Position numbers and translations under genes: made by a program
The notes under the pieces: model-generated
Database searches by the model: none
What the model was told of the DNA's origin: nothing
The model's input: the letters and a program-made list of their open reading frames with translations, nothing else
Shown here: in pieces, positions 39,070 to 50,202 of the stretch
How the letters are laid out: every line of letters starts with the position of its first letter
How positions within the stretch are numbered: position 1 is the stretch's first letter
DNA from: Treponema sp.
GTDB lineage: Bacteria > Spirochaetota > Spirochaetia > Treponematales > Treponemataceae
Reading direction: 5' to 3'
DNA length: 64,000 nucleotides
Assembly (NCBI GenBank): GCA_038397965.1
Contig: JARGFA010000017.1
Span: 50,959 to 114,958, forward strand

Positions 39070-39831
39070 TTATTGTTTTTTCCATGCGTCAATAAACTCA
39101 AGCATATACTGCTGAATATCGCCGAACCACTTCTTTTGAAAGGCACAGGCAGCTCTTCCGATATAACGGTAGTGCCATGATTCCCAGACATACCCGGTTA
39201 CCTTTTCATATCCTTTAGGAAATGACAGGGACCAGCCGTATTGTGCGGCATTTTGTAAAACCCATTTTCCCGCACGGGTTTCGGCAAATTCATCGGAGAT
39301 AGAACCGAAATCTACAACAGTTCCCAGCTGGTGCTGACTAGTCCCTGCACGGGCAGAAAAACGTTCCGCTTCTTGTTCCCCTGATTCACGGACATACCGG
39401 TCAAAGAGATTTTTCTGATAGATATATGAACGGTATGAAGAGCTGACAACAAGCGTAACACCGTCTTGACGCGCTGCAAGCGCCATATCATGCAGGGCTT
39501 GTTCGGCGGTTTCGGTTAATGATAGGTCTTTGCGGTTGATAAGATATGCCCGTTTGGTGCTGAGCGGAGTGATGTTGTTCGGTATATAGCCGTCCGGCAA
39601 AAAATGCTGCTTGTCCACTAATATCAGCATATCGTCGGTTTCAGCTGCAAGTATTTGCTGTAAATCGGTTAAAAACTCCTGCACATTGTTGGAGATGTTC
39701 TTCCGTATGTCCTGCGGTATTGACTGCGGATAGATGAAATGCCGGTAGCGGGATTCCATTGGGGTATCTGCTTTCAACAAAAAGAAGGGCAGGAGTGTAC
39801 AGCATACGGCAAGTATTTTTTTTATCTGCAT
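39070..39831 (-). CDS. D-Ala-D-Ala carboxypeptidase (M15B/VanY-like)
   Basis: SSYRSY, SARAGTSQHQLG..VD and ESWHYRY. Confidence 0.9.
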   Translation of the reverse strand: MQIKKILAVCCTLLPFFLLKADTPMESRYRHFIYPQSIPQDIRKNISNNVQEFLTDLQQILAAETDDMLILVDKQHFLPDGYIPNNITPLSTKRAYLINRKDLSLTETAEQALHDMALAARQDGVTLVVSSSYRSYIYQKNLFDRYVRESGEQEAERFSARAGTSQHQLGTVVDFGSISDEFAETRAGKWVLQNAAQYGWSLSFPKGYEKVTGYVWESWHYRYIGRAACAFQKKWFGDIQQYMLEFIDAWKKQ

Positions 39832-39841
39832 ACATAGTCCC

Positions 39842-40231
39842 TTATAAATAGACGGTGATTCTCGAATAACTGAAAAATTTGCGGTACTTTACTTTGCGGG
39901 CAAGATTCTTTGTCATACGGAGACCAAAGCCTCGGTATCGTTGTGCTCTATCGTCGAAATGCGGTTCGGTACTTTTTAAGGCCTGCAATAAATTCTTAAA
40001 GTTTTTACTGCGGTATGTAAACCGTAAATACGGGGAAAAACGATGCGATGCAGTTATTTCAACATCAGTGTTGTCAAGTAATACCGCATGTTCGCAGATA
40101 TTATCAAATATTTCAGTCGCTATAATAAGCGCCTTTATGCGCTTATTATGAGCAATATCCTGCGTGGTGTAGATGAAATCTTCAATCAGTGCAATATTAT
40201 TGAATCTTGCCGCTACTGATAGTGTACTCAT
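39842..40231 (-). CDS. Anti-sigma-factor/RsbW-like HATPase protein
   Basis: EIFDNICEHA N-box and GFGLRMTK G-box; follows the STAS gene. Confidence 0.7.
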   Translation of the reverse strand: MSTLSVAARFNNIALIEDFIYTTQDIAHNKRIKALIIATEIFDNICEHAVLLDNTDVEITASHRFSPYLRFTYRSKNFKNLLQALKSTEPHFDDRAQRYRGFGLRMTKNLARKVKYRKFFSYSRITVYL

Positions 40232-40255
40232 ATACAGCCTATACCTCTGCGCTGT

Positions 40256-40582
40256 TTACTCCACATCATTGAGAGAATGAATGATGGGAAAAACTTCCGT
40301 AAAGCCGGTAGAATCAATGGCAAGTTTTACCACATCGGAAGGATTTAAAATATAAATTTTATGACCCGTTTCTTCTCCGTCATCGGAGGCGGCCATTAAA
40401 ATACCGAGACCGGAGGATGACAGGTTGGTAACGCGGGAAAGATCAAGCACAAGGGTATGTGATTTAATCAGCCCGTATATCTTTGTTTCAAACTCATGAT
40501 AGGTGTATGAGTTAATAGACCCGCTGATTGTGAGTAATACAAAGCTGTCGGTCATTTTTTCAGTAATCAATAAGTTATCCAT
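40256..40582 (-). CDS. STAS-domain anti-anti-sigma factor
   Basis: LVLDLSRVTNLSSSGLG with the phospho-acceptor Ser region. Confidence 0.9.
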   Translation of the reverse strand: MDNLLITEKMTDSFVLLTISGSINSYTYHEFETKIYGLIKSHTLVLDLSRVTNLSSSGLGILMAASDDGEETGHKIYILNPSDVVKLAIDSTGFTEVFPIIHSLNDVE

Positions 40583-40599
40583 AAATACTACTCCTTAAT

Positions 40600-42729
40600 T
40601 TACTCGTTATATTTTAGCACGAGAATAGTAACATCATCATCAATTTTACGTAAAATGAAGTCAAGAAGGCTGTTATAAATAGAACGGGCAATTTGAGAAG
40701 CCGTAGCCGAACTGTTTTTTTGCAGAATACGTCCGACCCGCTCATTACCGAAACGGTCGCCCTTCAGATTAGCGGCATCGAGCAGACCGTCAGTCGTCAT
40801 AACAATGACATCTCCTTTATGCATAGTAATTTTACGTACCTTCAAAAATGGGGTAATGTCTTTAACAAATCCGAGTACTTTCCCTTCGCCCTGAATTTCC
40901 ATAACATTTTTATAGGAGCCGATATACATCGACATTAAGGGAATACCGCAGTTTAGATAATAAATAGTATTTGTCGGGAAGTCGATAATACCGAATAGTC
41001 CGGCAAAAAAGGTGCCGCGGGGTAAGTTGTCCTTGATAAAACGGTTAACCTTTGCAATGAGTTCTTTAAAATCGGAAATTTCTTGCAGATAGGTGTGGAT
41101 AATCGATTTTAAAATGACCATCGACATACTGGCACTTAAGCCCTTTCCTGATACGTCTCCGATAAGGAAGAGCGCCCGTTTTTCATTCAGGTTAATATAG
41201 TCGATAAAATCACCGCCGAGCTGATGCGCCGAATATGAAATGGAATCCATCGAAAAGTTGTGCGATTCGAGCTTATCCTTATACCGCTGAATGGAGCCGA
41301 TAATTTGATCGGACATTTCAATTTCGCGGTCAATCGTTGCCGTAATGTCCTGTTTGGAGATATTTCTGAGATAATAGATAACCAAAAAGAAGTAGGAGTA
41401 GAGGTCTGAAAGTACATGAAGATCGTAGGGACTATATTCCGCACTGTGTGTTTTAGGCGCAAGCAAGATACAGCCGATAAGCTTCTGTCCCTCACGCATT
41501 GTGAGCAGAACCTCTGTTTGTGTCGCATCAAAAATTTCTAACAACTCGTCTTTTATATCATCATAAAGATAGTTTGCCAGCAGTTCCGTTTTTGTGATAA
41601 CAATGATGTTCTGACTTAATAGTTTCTCAAAACACAGGAGATTGGCACTCATCGTATTGTGGTGGCCGAAATCCGAATAGACCGTTTGCAGGCGCATAGC
41701 TTCATCTGTAACAAGAATATCAATGCCCCGGCAGGTAATATGACGCTGCATAATTTTAGGGAAAACAGCCAGGATTGCATCATGTCCTTTTCCAAAGTCA
41801 AGTTTTTGCAAATCGGTATCAAGTGCATCTTCATAGTCCGCCGTTTTTCCGAACATACGTCCCAGCTCATCAGCAATAGAGTCCCGCGTAAACAAAATCA
41901 AAACGCAGGCAATCGTGATGGAAATAATCCATCCGGTTGTTGTGGGAACAAGCTGCATAAAGGCAGAGGTAGAGAATCCTGCAAAGGCTGCAAACAGCAG
42001 GGTGAAAAACATGAACCGTATTAACCCGAAAAAGATTTGTTTAAGGTCAAAAACCCGGGTGAGCGAAAAAATAGCGTTGTCGGTAATCAGCATAAAGATA
42101 TAGCCGACCGGTAAAAACGCAAATGTCCATGAAAACATGGTAAAAAAGTAGGCCGTTATCATCCATACCGCTAAACAGAGCATCAGAGCTAAACCATGTA
42201 AGACAAGCTGTTGCCGGTGAATATTGCTTTTTACAAAAAAACATTTAACAAATAAAATAAGGACTGCAATGACGGGTACGCAGAAAAGATACAAGAAAGC
42301 AAAAAGATTGATGCCGGTTATATCTGTCCGTATTTCGCGGGATAAAAAATGAAAACCGCGTAAAGGATTCCACTGGAACCGCCCCACAAAAAACAACACC
42401 AGGCCGATGCCGGCAAGGTGAAAAAGCAGGCTCATTTTTTGCAGCAGCTTGAGTAATTTCAACTCAGCAATACAAAAAACCATATCTAATGTATGGTACG
42501 AACCGAGAAGAATAAATAAGAGACCTACGGTTGATACAATCCGCTGTATTCCCATCTGTTCATAAAAGACCAGATGTACCGATACGGCTGTACAAAGGGC
42601 AACAGCGGCGGCAGGAACCGAAATTTTATTTAAAAATACATTAATCTGGTTTGATTGCCGGAACGAAAGATATGCTGAGTTCCATAAAAGCAAAAATGCA
42701 AAAAAATACGTAAAGAAAATTAAACCCAT
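40600..42729 (-). CDS. Membrane-bound SpoIIE/RsbU-type PP2C phosphatase
   Basis: N-terminal TM region; LGGDF, GDVSGKG, NCG, TDG and DDVT. Confidence 0.88.
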   Translation of the reverse strand: MGLIFFTYFFAFLLLWNSAYLSFRQSNQINVFLNKISVPAAAVALCTAVSVHLVFYEQMGIQRIVSTVGLLFILLGSYHTLDMVFCIAELKLLKLLQKMSLLFHLAGIGLVLFFVGRFQWNPLRGFHFLSREIRTDITGINLFAFLYLFCVPVIAVLILFVKCFFVKSNIHRQQLVLHGLALMLCLAVWMITAYFFTMFSWTFAFLPVGYIFMLITDNAIFSLTRVFDLKQIFFGLIRFMFFTLLFAAFAGFSTSAFMQLVPTTTGWIISITIACVLILFTRDSIADELGRMFGKTADYEDALDTDLQKLDFGKGHDAILAVFPKIMQRHITCRGIDILVTDEAMRLQTVYSDFGHHNTMSANLLCFEKLLSQNIIVITKTELLANYLYDDIKDELLEIFDATQTEVLLTMREGQKLIGCILLAPKTHSAEYSPYDLHVLSDLYSYFFLVIYYLRNISKQDITATIDREIEMSDQIIGSIQRYKDKLESHNFSMDSISYSAHQLGGDFIDYINLNEKRALFLIGDVSGKGLSASMSMVILKSIIHTYLQEISDFKELIAKVNRFIKDNLPRGTFFAGLFGIIDFPTNTIYYLNCGIPLMSMYIGSYKNVMEIQGEGKVLGFVKDITPFLKVRKITMHKGDVIVMTTDGLLDAANLKGDRFGNERVGRILQKNSSATASQIARSIYNSLLDFILRKIDDDVTILVLKYNE

Positions 42730-42732
42730 ACA

Positions 42733-44205
42733 TTATCCTTTTAATTTTACCGCAAGAATCGTAATATCATCGCGGAATGCTTTTGCAGCACTATAGTTTA
42801 ACCCTAAATCAGCAATTTTTTTCACTAATGACTGGGCATCTGCCGCAGCAAATGATTGAAGGGAATCAGTGTAGAGTACGCTGCTTCCTAACTCTTCCCC
42901 CTCTGCATTGGTAATTTCAGGAATACCGTCTGTTGTCATAATGATAATATCATTGCGGTACAGGGGTTTTTCCGCTACCTCAACCGAATCGATATCTATG
43001 ATACCTACTAAGGGGCAGTTGGATTCGAGGGTTTTGATTTTATATCCCTCTGCAGCCTTTGTTAAAATCATCGGAGCTTCCATTGAAGCATTCACATACC
43101 GGATATTCATGGCTTTTGTGTCGATCAGCCCTAAGAATACAACTGTGTATTTATCCAGCAAGTTCATGCGTTTGATAGCGGCATCGACTGCAAAAATCAG
43201 ACTGCCCAGGTCTTCTTTGTTTTTCATAATACGGATGGTGTTTACGACAACGCCCATAACAAGCGCTGCCGCAAGCCCCTTACCGGAAACGTCTCCTGCA
43301 ATAACCAGGGTTTTGTCATCATCAATCGGAATAATGTCGTAGTAATCTCCGGAAACATTGACAAGCGGGCGGAAATAAACGCCGATTTCCAGATGTTCAA
43401 GAGCCGGTATTTTCTGCGGAAGAAAGGCGTGCTGTGTGTTTGCAACCATCTGCCACTCTTGTGCAAGTTCGGAATAGTAGAGCAGCTGTGAAAGGGTTTT
43501 TTCACGGGCAGAATAATTTTTAAACTCTAAAAAAAGGCGCGGGAAAATTTCAGGATCAACGGCGCGTACATACCGGCAAATAATGAAAAACCGCATTGCT
43601 CCGTACGCGATGAGGACACCGCGGGCGTGTTTTGTGCGGGAGGTCATCTGCATATTTGAGTCGAAAAAGTATATATTATCAGACCAGTGAGTAAGCCAAT
43701 CTTGTGAAAACCGTTTCACCATCATACCGTATACGTCGGGATCCGATACATAAGACGATGTACTATTATAAATAACCAAATCCGTTTCGGTATTTGCCAG
43801 CAGTACCGAACAATCGGCTTTATATTCCAATTCTTCTTGAATTGCTTCGATAAGATTTGCGCGGGTATAACAAAATCTGAGGCGGTTAATAAAACCGTCA
43901 AACAGTTTTGTTTCCGTTTCTTTATACACTGAAATGTGAATCTTTTGTGTAAGAAAGGCAGACAGTAAGGAAGAAAACAATGAAGCAACAACAAAAATGA
44001 TAAAGGCAAAGGCGAAACGGGTAACATAGTTAAAATCGGGTAGACGGCGGTATTTGGTAACCATCAAGGTTAAATCCTTTGCCGAAATCAGCCTTCCTAA
44101 AAAAGAAAAACGCGGGCTGAGCGTGAGCATAAAAAAGGCGAACACTAAACTGATAGCGGTAAAAAGAAGAAGTTTCGCCAAAAATTCCTGCTGTTTGCGT
44201 ACCAT
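42733..44205 (-). CDS. Second membrane-bound SpoIIE/RsbU-type PP2C phosphatase
   Basis: VSGDYYD, GDVSGKG, TDG and DDIT; start moved to ATG44205. Confidence 0.88.
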   Translation of the reverse strand: MVRKQQEFLAKLLLFTAISLVFAFFMLTLSPRFSFLGRLISAKDLTLMVTKYRRLPDFNYVTRFAFAFIIFVVASLFSSLLSAFLTQKIHISVYKETETKLFDGFINRLRFCYTRANLIEAIQEELEYKADCSVLLANTETDLVIYNSTSSYVSDPDVYGMMVKRFSQDWLTHWSDNIYFFDSNMQMTSRTKHARGVLIAYGAMRFFIICRYVRAVDPEIFPRLFLEFKNYSAREKTLSQLLYYSELAQEWQMVANTQHAFLPQKIPALEHLEIGVYFRPLVNVSGDYYDIIPIDDDKTLVIAGDVSGKGLAAALVMGVVVNTIRIMKNKEDLGSLIFAVDAAIKRMNLLDKYTVVFLGLIDTKAMNIRYVNASMEAPMILTKAAEGYKIKTLESNCPLVGIIDIDSVEVAEKPLYRNDIIIMTTDGIPEITNAEGEELGSSVLYTDSLQSFAAADAQSLVKKIADLGLNYSAAKAFRDDITILAVKLKG

Positions 44206-44320
44206 TATTAAAACCTCAATACCATTTACGTTATGAAATAGGATACCACACTCTCCATACAAAAACAACAGGCGATTTTTAAAAGTCGGTATGTTACGTG
44301 CAGTTCCGTAATAGAAAACC

Positions 44321-44356
44321 GGGCTGTCCCTAAGCCGAGCGGGTTTGGGACAGCCC
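44321..44356. terminator. GC-rich hairpin downstream of oppA (terminator or REP-like)
   Basis: Perfect 10-bp stem gggctgtccc/gggacagccc. Confidence 0.55.
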
Positions 44357-44374
44357 AATAATTGCAAGAAGTAA

Positions 44375-44406
44375 ACCTGTCCGGAAACCTGCGTTTCTGA
44401 ACAGGC
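44375..44406. repeat. REP-like hairpin, copy B
   Basis: acctgtccggaaac-ctgc-gtttctgaacaggc. Confidence 0.55.
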
Positions 44407-44412
44407 CGCGTG

Positions 44413-46269
44413 CTATTTCATGCTGTTGACAGCGGGGGTGTCGCTGATCAGACCGAGCATATTCCAATCCCAGTCGGTACCGGGGCTGTCATAATCCCAG
44501 CTTTTTACCCGCTTGTTGATTGCACGCAGCCTTAAGCGGTAATTAATCGGAATGACAACGGCTTCATCCATAATGTTTTCATTCCAGTTTTTATAGGCTT
44601 GAGCGCGGAATGTTTCGTCAATGGCTTGCTCTGAAGCAATATCATTTAAAAACGCATCGTTTTTTTCATTTACCCAGCGCGGAAGGTTAAATTGCGCTTT
44701 TTTTGAGTATAAGCCGTTAGGATCGGGATCCGAGCCGACACCCCAAGCCCCTGCATATATTTCTACTGCCGGATCGTCTTTTTGCAGTTTTTGATAAAAA
44801 GCGTTAAATTCAACGAGCCGTCCGTCGTTTAAGCCGACATTCAAGCCCACATCTTTCCAGTTTTGGATGTGATAGTTCGCAATAGGTTCTGCAACATCAG
44901 AACCGGTCATAGAAAGATAATTGATCGTTAAAGGCTTACCGTCCGGCGTTTCCCGGAAACCGTCGCCATCAACATCCTTGTATCCGGCTTCATCCAGCAG
45001 CTGTTTTGCTTTTTCAGGATTATAGCTGTAGCCCTCCAGATTTTCGTCATAAAAACCGGGGTGAGCAGGGGTAATTAATGAGTTCGGAGTTATGCGCAGA
45101 CCGTGATAGTAAATTTCGTTAATGCCGTCATTATCCATTGCATAAGCAATTGCTTGGCGGAGTGCCTTGTCTTTGAATTTACCGCCGTCGGCAAACGTTT
45201 CACATTCTTCTTTTTCAGGATTCCACTTTCCCATTTTGAATGCAACATAGCCGTAGGCACGATCAATAGCGGTTGTCAGGTCGATATTATCAATCTTCAT
45301 CTTGATTTTTCCGTCTTTATCCTTTACCGGGCGGCCGTCCGAATCGAGTTCTACAAACTGATCATACATATCCGGTTTTAATTCTATAACATCTACTTCG
45401 CCGGACTTAACCGCTTCAACACATGAAGTCGGTGCAATACGCTTTACGATAAGTTTTTCTACAGTTGTTTTAGTGCGGCACCAGTAGGGATTGGGCACAT
45501 ATTCGATAATATCGCCTTCGACCATAGAGTTAATGACAAAAGGACCGCAGGCGAGCGGATTTTTACGTACGCGGTCATGTAAACGCATTTCTTTTAACGG
45601 AATATCTTTGAGGTAGTGCGCCGGTTCGGGGTTATAGGTTAAACCGGCTCCCCAGAGAATAGAGGGTTTAAATTCCTTAAAAGCAACTGTAACGGTTTTG
45701 TCGTCAACCCGAGTCAGGCCCGAAATGGACTCTGCCTTGCCTTCATGGTATTCAACGGCACCGATGACATTTTCGTAGTCGGTGTCGTAGCGTACACCGT
45801 CGTAGTCGGGATGACATACGGATTCGTAGACAAAGATAATATCATCTGCCGTTACCGGAACCCCGTCCGACCAGGTAAGGGCAGGATCAATATGGTAGGT
45901 GGCCGTTTTTGCTTCGCGGTCAAAGGATACATTGCATAAGCCGCCGTCGATAATTTCATGGTTTAAACCGCCCCGCATAAAAAGACCGAGCATGGGAAGC
46001 ATAACTTCAAAGGTGGGGTTATCCTGATATAAAAAAGTATTAAATTCTCCTTTCCAGGGGGTATCGGTTACAAAACCGAAAACAACCGTCCCTTTTACCG
46101 CCGGTTCTCCGCGCTGAATCATTTGCGGGAAGGGGATTTCAAATTTCTTTTTTTCCGCTTCCGCCGCAGCAGTACCGGCGCTTCCGGATTTACCGCCGCA
46201 GCTTATGAATACAAGCAGTGCTGCTGCCGTTAAACATACAGCACAAGCAATCTTCGAACATACTTTCAT
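44413..46269 (-). CDS. oppA: Oligopeptide ABC transporter substrate-binding lipoprotein
   Basis: FISC lipobox; WSDGVPVTADD, GPF, RQAIAYA and PEKAKQLLDEAGY SBP5 motifs. Confidence 0.9.
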   Translation of the reverse strand: MKVCSKIACAVCLTAAALLVFISCGGKSGSAGTAAAEAEKKKFEIPFPQMIQRGEPAVKGTVVFGFVTDTPWKGEFNTFLYQDNPTFEVMLPMLGLFMRGGLNHEIIDGGLCNVSFDREAKTATYHIDPALTWSDGVPVTADDIIFVYESVCHPDYDGVRYDTDYENVIGAVEYHEGKAESISGLTRVDDKTVTVAFKEFKPSILWGAGLTYNPEPAHYLKDIPLKEMRLHDRVRKNPLACGPFVINSMVEGDIIEYVPNPYWCRTKTTVEKLIVKRIAPTSCVEAVKSGEVDVIELKPDMYDQFVELDSDGRPVKDKDGKIKMKIDNIDLTTAIDRAYGYVAFKMGKWNPEKEECETFADGGKFKDKALRQAIAYAMDNDGINEIYYHGLRITPNSLITPAHPGFYDENLEGYSYNPEKAKQLLDEAGYKDVDGDGFRETPDGKPLTINYLSMTGSDVAEPIANYHIQNWKDVGLNVGLNDGRLVEFNAFYQKLQKDDPAVEIYAGAWGVGSDPDPNGLYSKKAQFNLPRWVNEKNDAFLNDIASEQAIDETFRAQAYKNWNENIMDEAVVIPINYRLRLRAINKRVKSWDYDSPGTDWDWNMLGLISDTPAVNSMK

Positions 46270-46293
46270 TGTTCTATGACCTCCTTAATGCGG

Positions 46294-47217
46294 TTATTTA
46301 AACCGCTGTTTTGCATCGGACGCGCGTTTGATAGTTTGCCCGACATAATTTATACACAGCATCAAAATCATAATTAAAATTGATGCAGGCAGCCACACCC
46401 ACAGTTTTCCCGAAATGGTACCCGGATCGCGCGCATAACCGATTAAGGTACCCAAAGAGGGAGATGTCGGCGGCAGTCCGAAGCCGAGAAAGCTCATTCC
46501 CGTTTCTATACCGATGTTTCCTGCCATACCGAGCGTAAAATCTACGATTATGATTGAGGCAATATTCGGTAATATCCCGCCGTACATAATTTTAAAATCA
46601 TGCGTACCCATAATGCGGGAGGCATTAACATAGTCGCGGTGATTTTCCGACAAGGCCTTACTACGCACCAAGCGGGTAACGCCTGTCCAGTAAAAGGCGG
46701 ACATAATAAAGATGAATGTCCAGATATTATATGTCGGTACAACGGTAACAAACACGATAATGAGCATCACAACCGGTAAAATCATGATAAAGTCGCAGAT
46801 ACGCATGATAATATTATCCGTTCTGCCGCCGTAAAAGCCTGCAATTAAACCGAAAAAGATCCCGACAACCTGGGTAATGATGGTAACACAGAAGGCAATT
46901 AAAATGGAATTGCGTGCTCCGATCAGCAGCTGCGGTAAGATCGGCCGGCCGCCTAAGTCTGCCCCTAAAAGATATTTCTTACCGGGTATCGAATATTTGT
47001 CCCGTAAACTGACACGCATAACCGCTTCCGTGTCTATGATAAAGCCGCCGATAATGATAATGAGAAAGATCACAATCAATATACCGAGCGCAACAACGGC
47101 GATTTTGTCATGCTTAAATTCGTTCTTAATAATTTTCCAGAATGACGGCACGGTAGTCATCTCTTTTAATGCCGTCTCATCTATCGTATCAATGGTAAAT
47201 CCAGTATTTTTATCCAT
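46294..47217 (-). CDS. oppC: Oligopeptide ABC permease OppC
   Basis: LLGADLGGR, DYVNASRIMG and SFLGFGLPP. Confidence 0.9.
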   Translation of the reverse strand: MDKNTGFTIDTIDETALKEMTTVPSFWKIIKNEFKHDKIAVVALGILIVIFLIIIIGGFIIDTEAVMRVSLRDKYSIPGKKYLLGADLGGRPILPQLLIGARNSILIAFCVTIITQVVGIFFGLIAGFYGGRTDNIIMRICDFIMILPVVMLIIVFVTVVPTYNIWTFIFIMSAFYWTGVTRLVRSKALSENHRDYVNASRIMGTHDFKIMYGGILPNIASIIIVDFTLGMAGNIGIETGMSFLGFGLPPTSPSLGTLIGYARDPGTISGKLWVWLPASILIMILMLCINYVGQTIKRASDAKQRFK

Positions 47218-47245
47218 AAAAGTTTTCCTTTTCTAGAGATAGCCG

Positions 47246-48217
47246 CTATTCTATTCTAATGCGGGGGTCGACGATAATCATGATAATATCTGAGATCAGA
47301 CTCCCGAACAAAGCTAAGCTCCCGTACATCAGCGTAAGCGCATTAATGACCGAATAGTCGCGCGAGAAAATTGATTCGATGAACAGTAAGCCCATCCCTT
47401 GATACATGAAGATGGTTTCAATAAAAACCGAACCTGCAAGCAGTCCCGTTACCGTAAAGCCGAAAAAGGCGGCGATGGGTAAAAGGGAGTTGCGGAAAAT
47501 ATGGCGGGAATAAATCTTGTTAATGGGAACGCCCTTACTCCGCGCGGTTTTGACGTAGTCTTGGCTTTTTGCATCGATCACTTCGTTGCGCAGGTATTGA
47601 ACAATACCGGTGGTGCGTAAAAGTGCCGCCGTAATTGCCGGCAGCAGCATATGGTAGATACGGCTTGCAATAAAATGTCCCTTCGTTCCGCTCATCGCTT
47701 CCAAACTGACAAAGCCGGATGTGGGGAAAATTTGCAGCCGGTACCCGAACAGCAGTAAAAATACCAGAGAAAGAATAAATATGGGAATGGCATAGGTGAT
47801 AAAGGTATAGACCATTACCCCCTTATCAAACTTTGAACCGTCATATCTTCCGGAAAAAACGCCGAGCGGCACCCCGATAAGATAAGTGAGTATAACCGTC
47901 AAAAGCGAAAGCCACAGTGTATTCCGTGCCGGCAGCATAATCTTATCCTTTACCGGCAGCTTATAGGTGTAGGACATACCAAAGTCCCCGTGCAATAGCA
48001 CCCGCTTCATCCAGTTTTTATATTGTACCGGCCACGGATCATTTAATCCTGCTTTTTCCCGTAATTCTTCTATACGGTGCGCATCGACTTTCGGATTGGT
48101 AATCAGACCGGTGAAGGGGTCACCCGGCATCATTTTACCGATTAAAAATACGATAATGCTTAATATAAAAAGCTGCGGTATCATAATGAGGATACGGCGT
48201 ACGACAGTCTTCCACAT
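47246..48217 (-). CDS. oppB: Oligopeptide ABC permease OppB
   Basis: MPGDPF, GDFGMSY, DYVKTARSKG and DPRIR. Confidence 0.92.
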   Translation of the reverse strand: MWKTVVRRILIMIPQLFILSIIVFLIGKMMPGDPFTGLITNPKVDAHRIEELREKAGLNDPWPVQYKNWMKRVLLHGDFGMSYTYKLPVKDKIMLPARNTLWLSLLTVILTYLIGVPLGVFSGRYDGSKFDKGVMVYTFITYAIPIFILSLVFLLLFGYRLQIFPTSGFVSLEAMSGTKGHFIASRIYHMLLPAITAALLRTTGIVQYLRNEVIDAKSQDYVKTARSKGVPINKIYSRHIFRNSLLPIAAFFGFTVTGLLAGSVFIETIFMYQGMGLLFIESIFSRDYSVINALTLMYGSLALFGSLISDIIMIIVDPRIRIE

Positions 48218-48229
48218 GATTGTGCCTCC

Positions 48230-49159
48230 CTAGTCCTTTAATGCAGCATAGTGCGTACTGCTCAATTTTTTTAAATCGTATACCCTGCCTTCAGGAGTAA
48301 AATACCGCTCCGATTCGCGCTCGTATTCGGCTTCGATTTCAAGACGGCGTTTTTTATACTCTGCACGCATTTCAACATTCATTTCCGGAATGGCAGCAAT
48401 AAGCCGCTTGGTGTAAATGTGCATGGGATTGTTGTAAATATCTTCGCGGGTACCCGCTTCGACAAAACGGCCGCGGTACATGATGTAGATGTAGTCGCAC
48501 ATATGTTTTACTACGCCTAAATCATGCGAAATAAACAGGTAGCTCAATTTAAAATCACGCTGGATCTCTTTTAAAAAGTTTAAAATCTGTGCCTGAACCG
48601 AGAGGTCGAGAGCGGAAACCGGTTCATCTGCCACAATAAGGCGGGGATTCACCGCAATGGAGCGCGCAACCCCTATCCGCTGCCGCTGTCCCCCTGAAAA
48701 TTCATACGGGTATTTGTATAAGCCGTCGGGCGGAATACCGACGATGTTCAGCAAGGACAGCACTTTTTTTAACTCCTCTTCTTTAGAGAGGTGTTCAAAG
48801 TTTCTCAAGGGTTCGGCAATGATGTCCCGAATCCGTTTTTTAGGATCGAGGCTGGACATAACATCCTGAAAGACCATCTGTACATTTTGATTGTACTTGG
48901 TGCTTTTGCGCTGGCTTTTGGTGTTCACGCAGCTTCCTTCATACAGGATTTGTCCGCCCGTCGGTTTTTCAAGGCCGACAATGGCCTTTCCGATGGTGGT
49001 TTTACCGGAGCCTGATTCTCCGATGAGGCCGTATGTTTTTCCTTCTTCAATGGTAAATGAAACGCCGTCAACAGCCCGCACATAATCTTTGATTGTATTA
49101 AAAAAGCCCCCACGGATGGGAAAATGTACTTGTAAATTATTTACTTCTAACAATGCCAT
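48230..49159 (-). CDS. oppF: Oligopeptide ABC ATPase OppF
   Basis: [21 protein letters not shown] and DEPVSALD. Confidence 0.92.
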   Translation of the reverse strand: MALLEVNNLQVHFPIRGGFFNTIKDYVRAVDGVSFTIEEGKTYGLIGESGSGKTTIGKAIVGLEKPTGGQILYEGSCVNTKSQRKSTKYNQNVQMVFQDVMSSLDPKKRIRDIIAEPLRNFEHLSKEEELKKVLSLLNIVGIPPDGLYKYPYEFSGGQRQRIGVARSIAVNPRLIVADEPVSALDLSVQAQILNFLKEIQRDFKLSYLFISHDLGVVKHMCDYIYIMYRGRFVEAGTREDIYNNPMHIYTKRLIAAIPEMNVEMRAEYKKRRLEIEAEYERESERYFTPEGRVYDLKKLSSTHYAALKD

Positions 49160-49206
49160 GGATATACCTCTTCTGCTTTCATCTGTGCCTGAGTTCCGTC
49201 TGAGGA

Positions 49207-50202
49207 CTAGGCTTCATCCTCAAACCGGAAGTGTTTCCAGCAGGAACAGCGGACAAAGTGTCCGGGATGGACTTCATGCAGTACCGGTTCCGCTTCGTGC
49301 GCATCCTCCGCAATCCACGTAATTCTGTTTGCAAACCGGCAGCCGGTATGTTTCAGATTCTTTAAAGAAGGCACCATACCCTTAATGACATGGAGCGTAT
49401 CGTCATCATTATCCGTTTGCGGAATTGATTTGAGGAGGGAGCGGGTATAGGGGTGCAGAGGATTGGTAAACAGTTCTTCTGCGGGAGCAAGTTCTACAAT
49501 TTGTCCGGCGTACATAACGGCTACGCGGTCTGCCACCTGTGCTACAACGCCGAGGTCGTGCGTAATTAAAATAATACCCGCGCGGTGTTTTTCCTGTAAG
49601 TCTTTGATAAGGTCAAGAATTTGCGCCTGAATGGTTACGTCAAGGGCTGTAGTCGGCTCATCGGCAATAATGAGTGAGGGATTACAGGAAAGTGCCGTTG
49701 CAATCAAGACACGCTGGCGCATACCGCCCGAAAGTTCATGCGGAAAGCGCTGGGCTGTCCGTTCGGGGTTTTGAATGCCGACATCTTGTAAAAGCTCAAT
49801 TACCCGTGCCGTGCGCTCTTTTTCGTTCAGATCGGTGTGATACAGAAGCGCTTCTTCAATTTGCTTTCCTACCCGCTGGAGGGGGTTCAAGGACGCAAGG
49901 GGGTCTTGAAAGATAAACCCGATTTCTTTACCGCGGATTGTATTCATCTCCGCTTCGCTCAAAGAAAGCAGGTTTTTTCCGCCGAAGATAATTTCGCCGG
50001 ATACACGGGTGTAGCGCATATCATGCAAACCCATTACCGACATTGCGACGGTGCTTTTCCCGCAGCCGGATTCTCCGACGATTGCAAGCAGTTCGTTCGG
50101 GTGTACATCTAAGGATACACCGTCAACCGCATTGTAATAGCTGCCGTCAATACGGAATGATGTGTGTAAGTTTTTAATTGTTAATAAATTATTGTTCTCC
50201 AT
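49207..50202 (-). CDS. oppD: Oligopeptide ABC ATPase OppD
   Basis: [28 protein letters not shown] and HPYTRSLL. Confidence 0.92.
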   Translation of the reverse strand: MENNNLLTIKNLHTSFRIDGSYYNAVDGVSLDVHPNELLAIVGESGCGKSTVAMSVMGLHDMRYTRVSGEIIFGGKNLLSLSEAEMNTIRGKEIGFIFQDPLASLNPLQRVGKQIEEALLYHTDLNEKERTARVIELLQDVGIQNPERTAQRFPHELSGGMRQRVLIATALSCNPSLIIADEPTTALDVTIQAQILDLIKDLQEKHRAGIILITHDLGVVAQVADRVAVMYAGQIVELAPAEELFTNPLHPYTRSLLKSIPQTDNDDDTLHVIKGMVPSLKNLKHTGCRFANRITWIAEDAHEAEPVLHEVHPGHFVRCSCWKHFRFEDEA

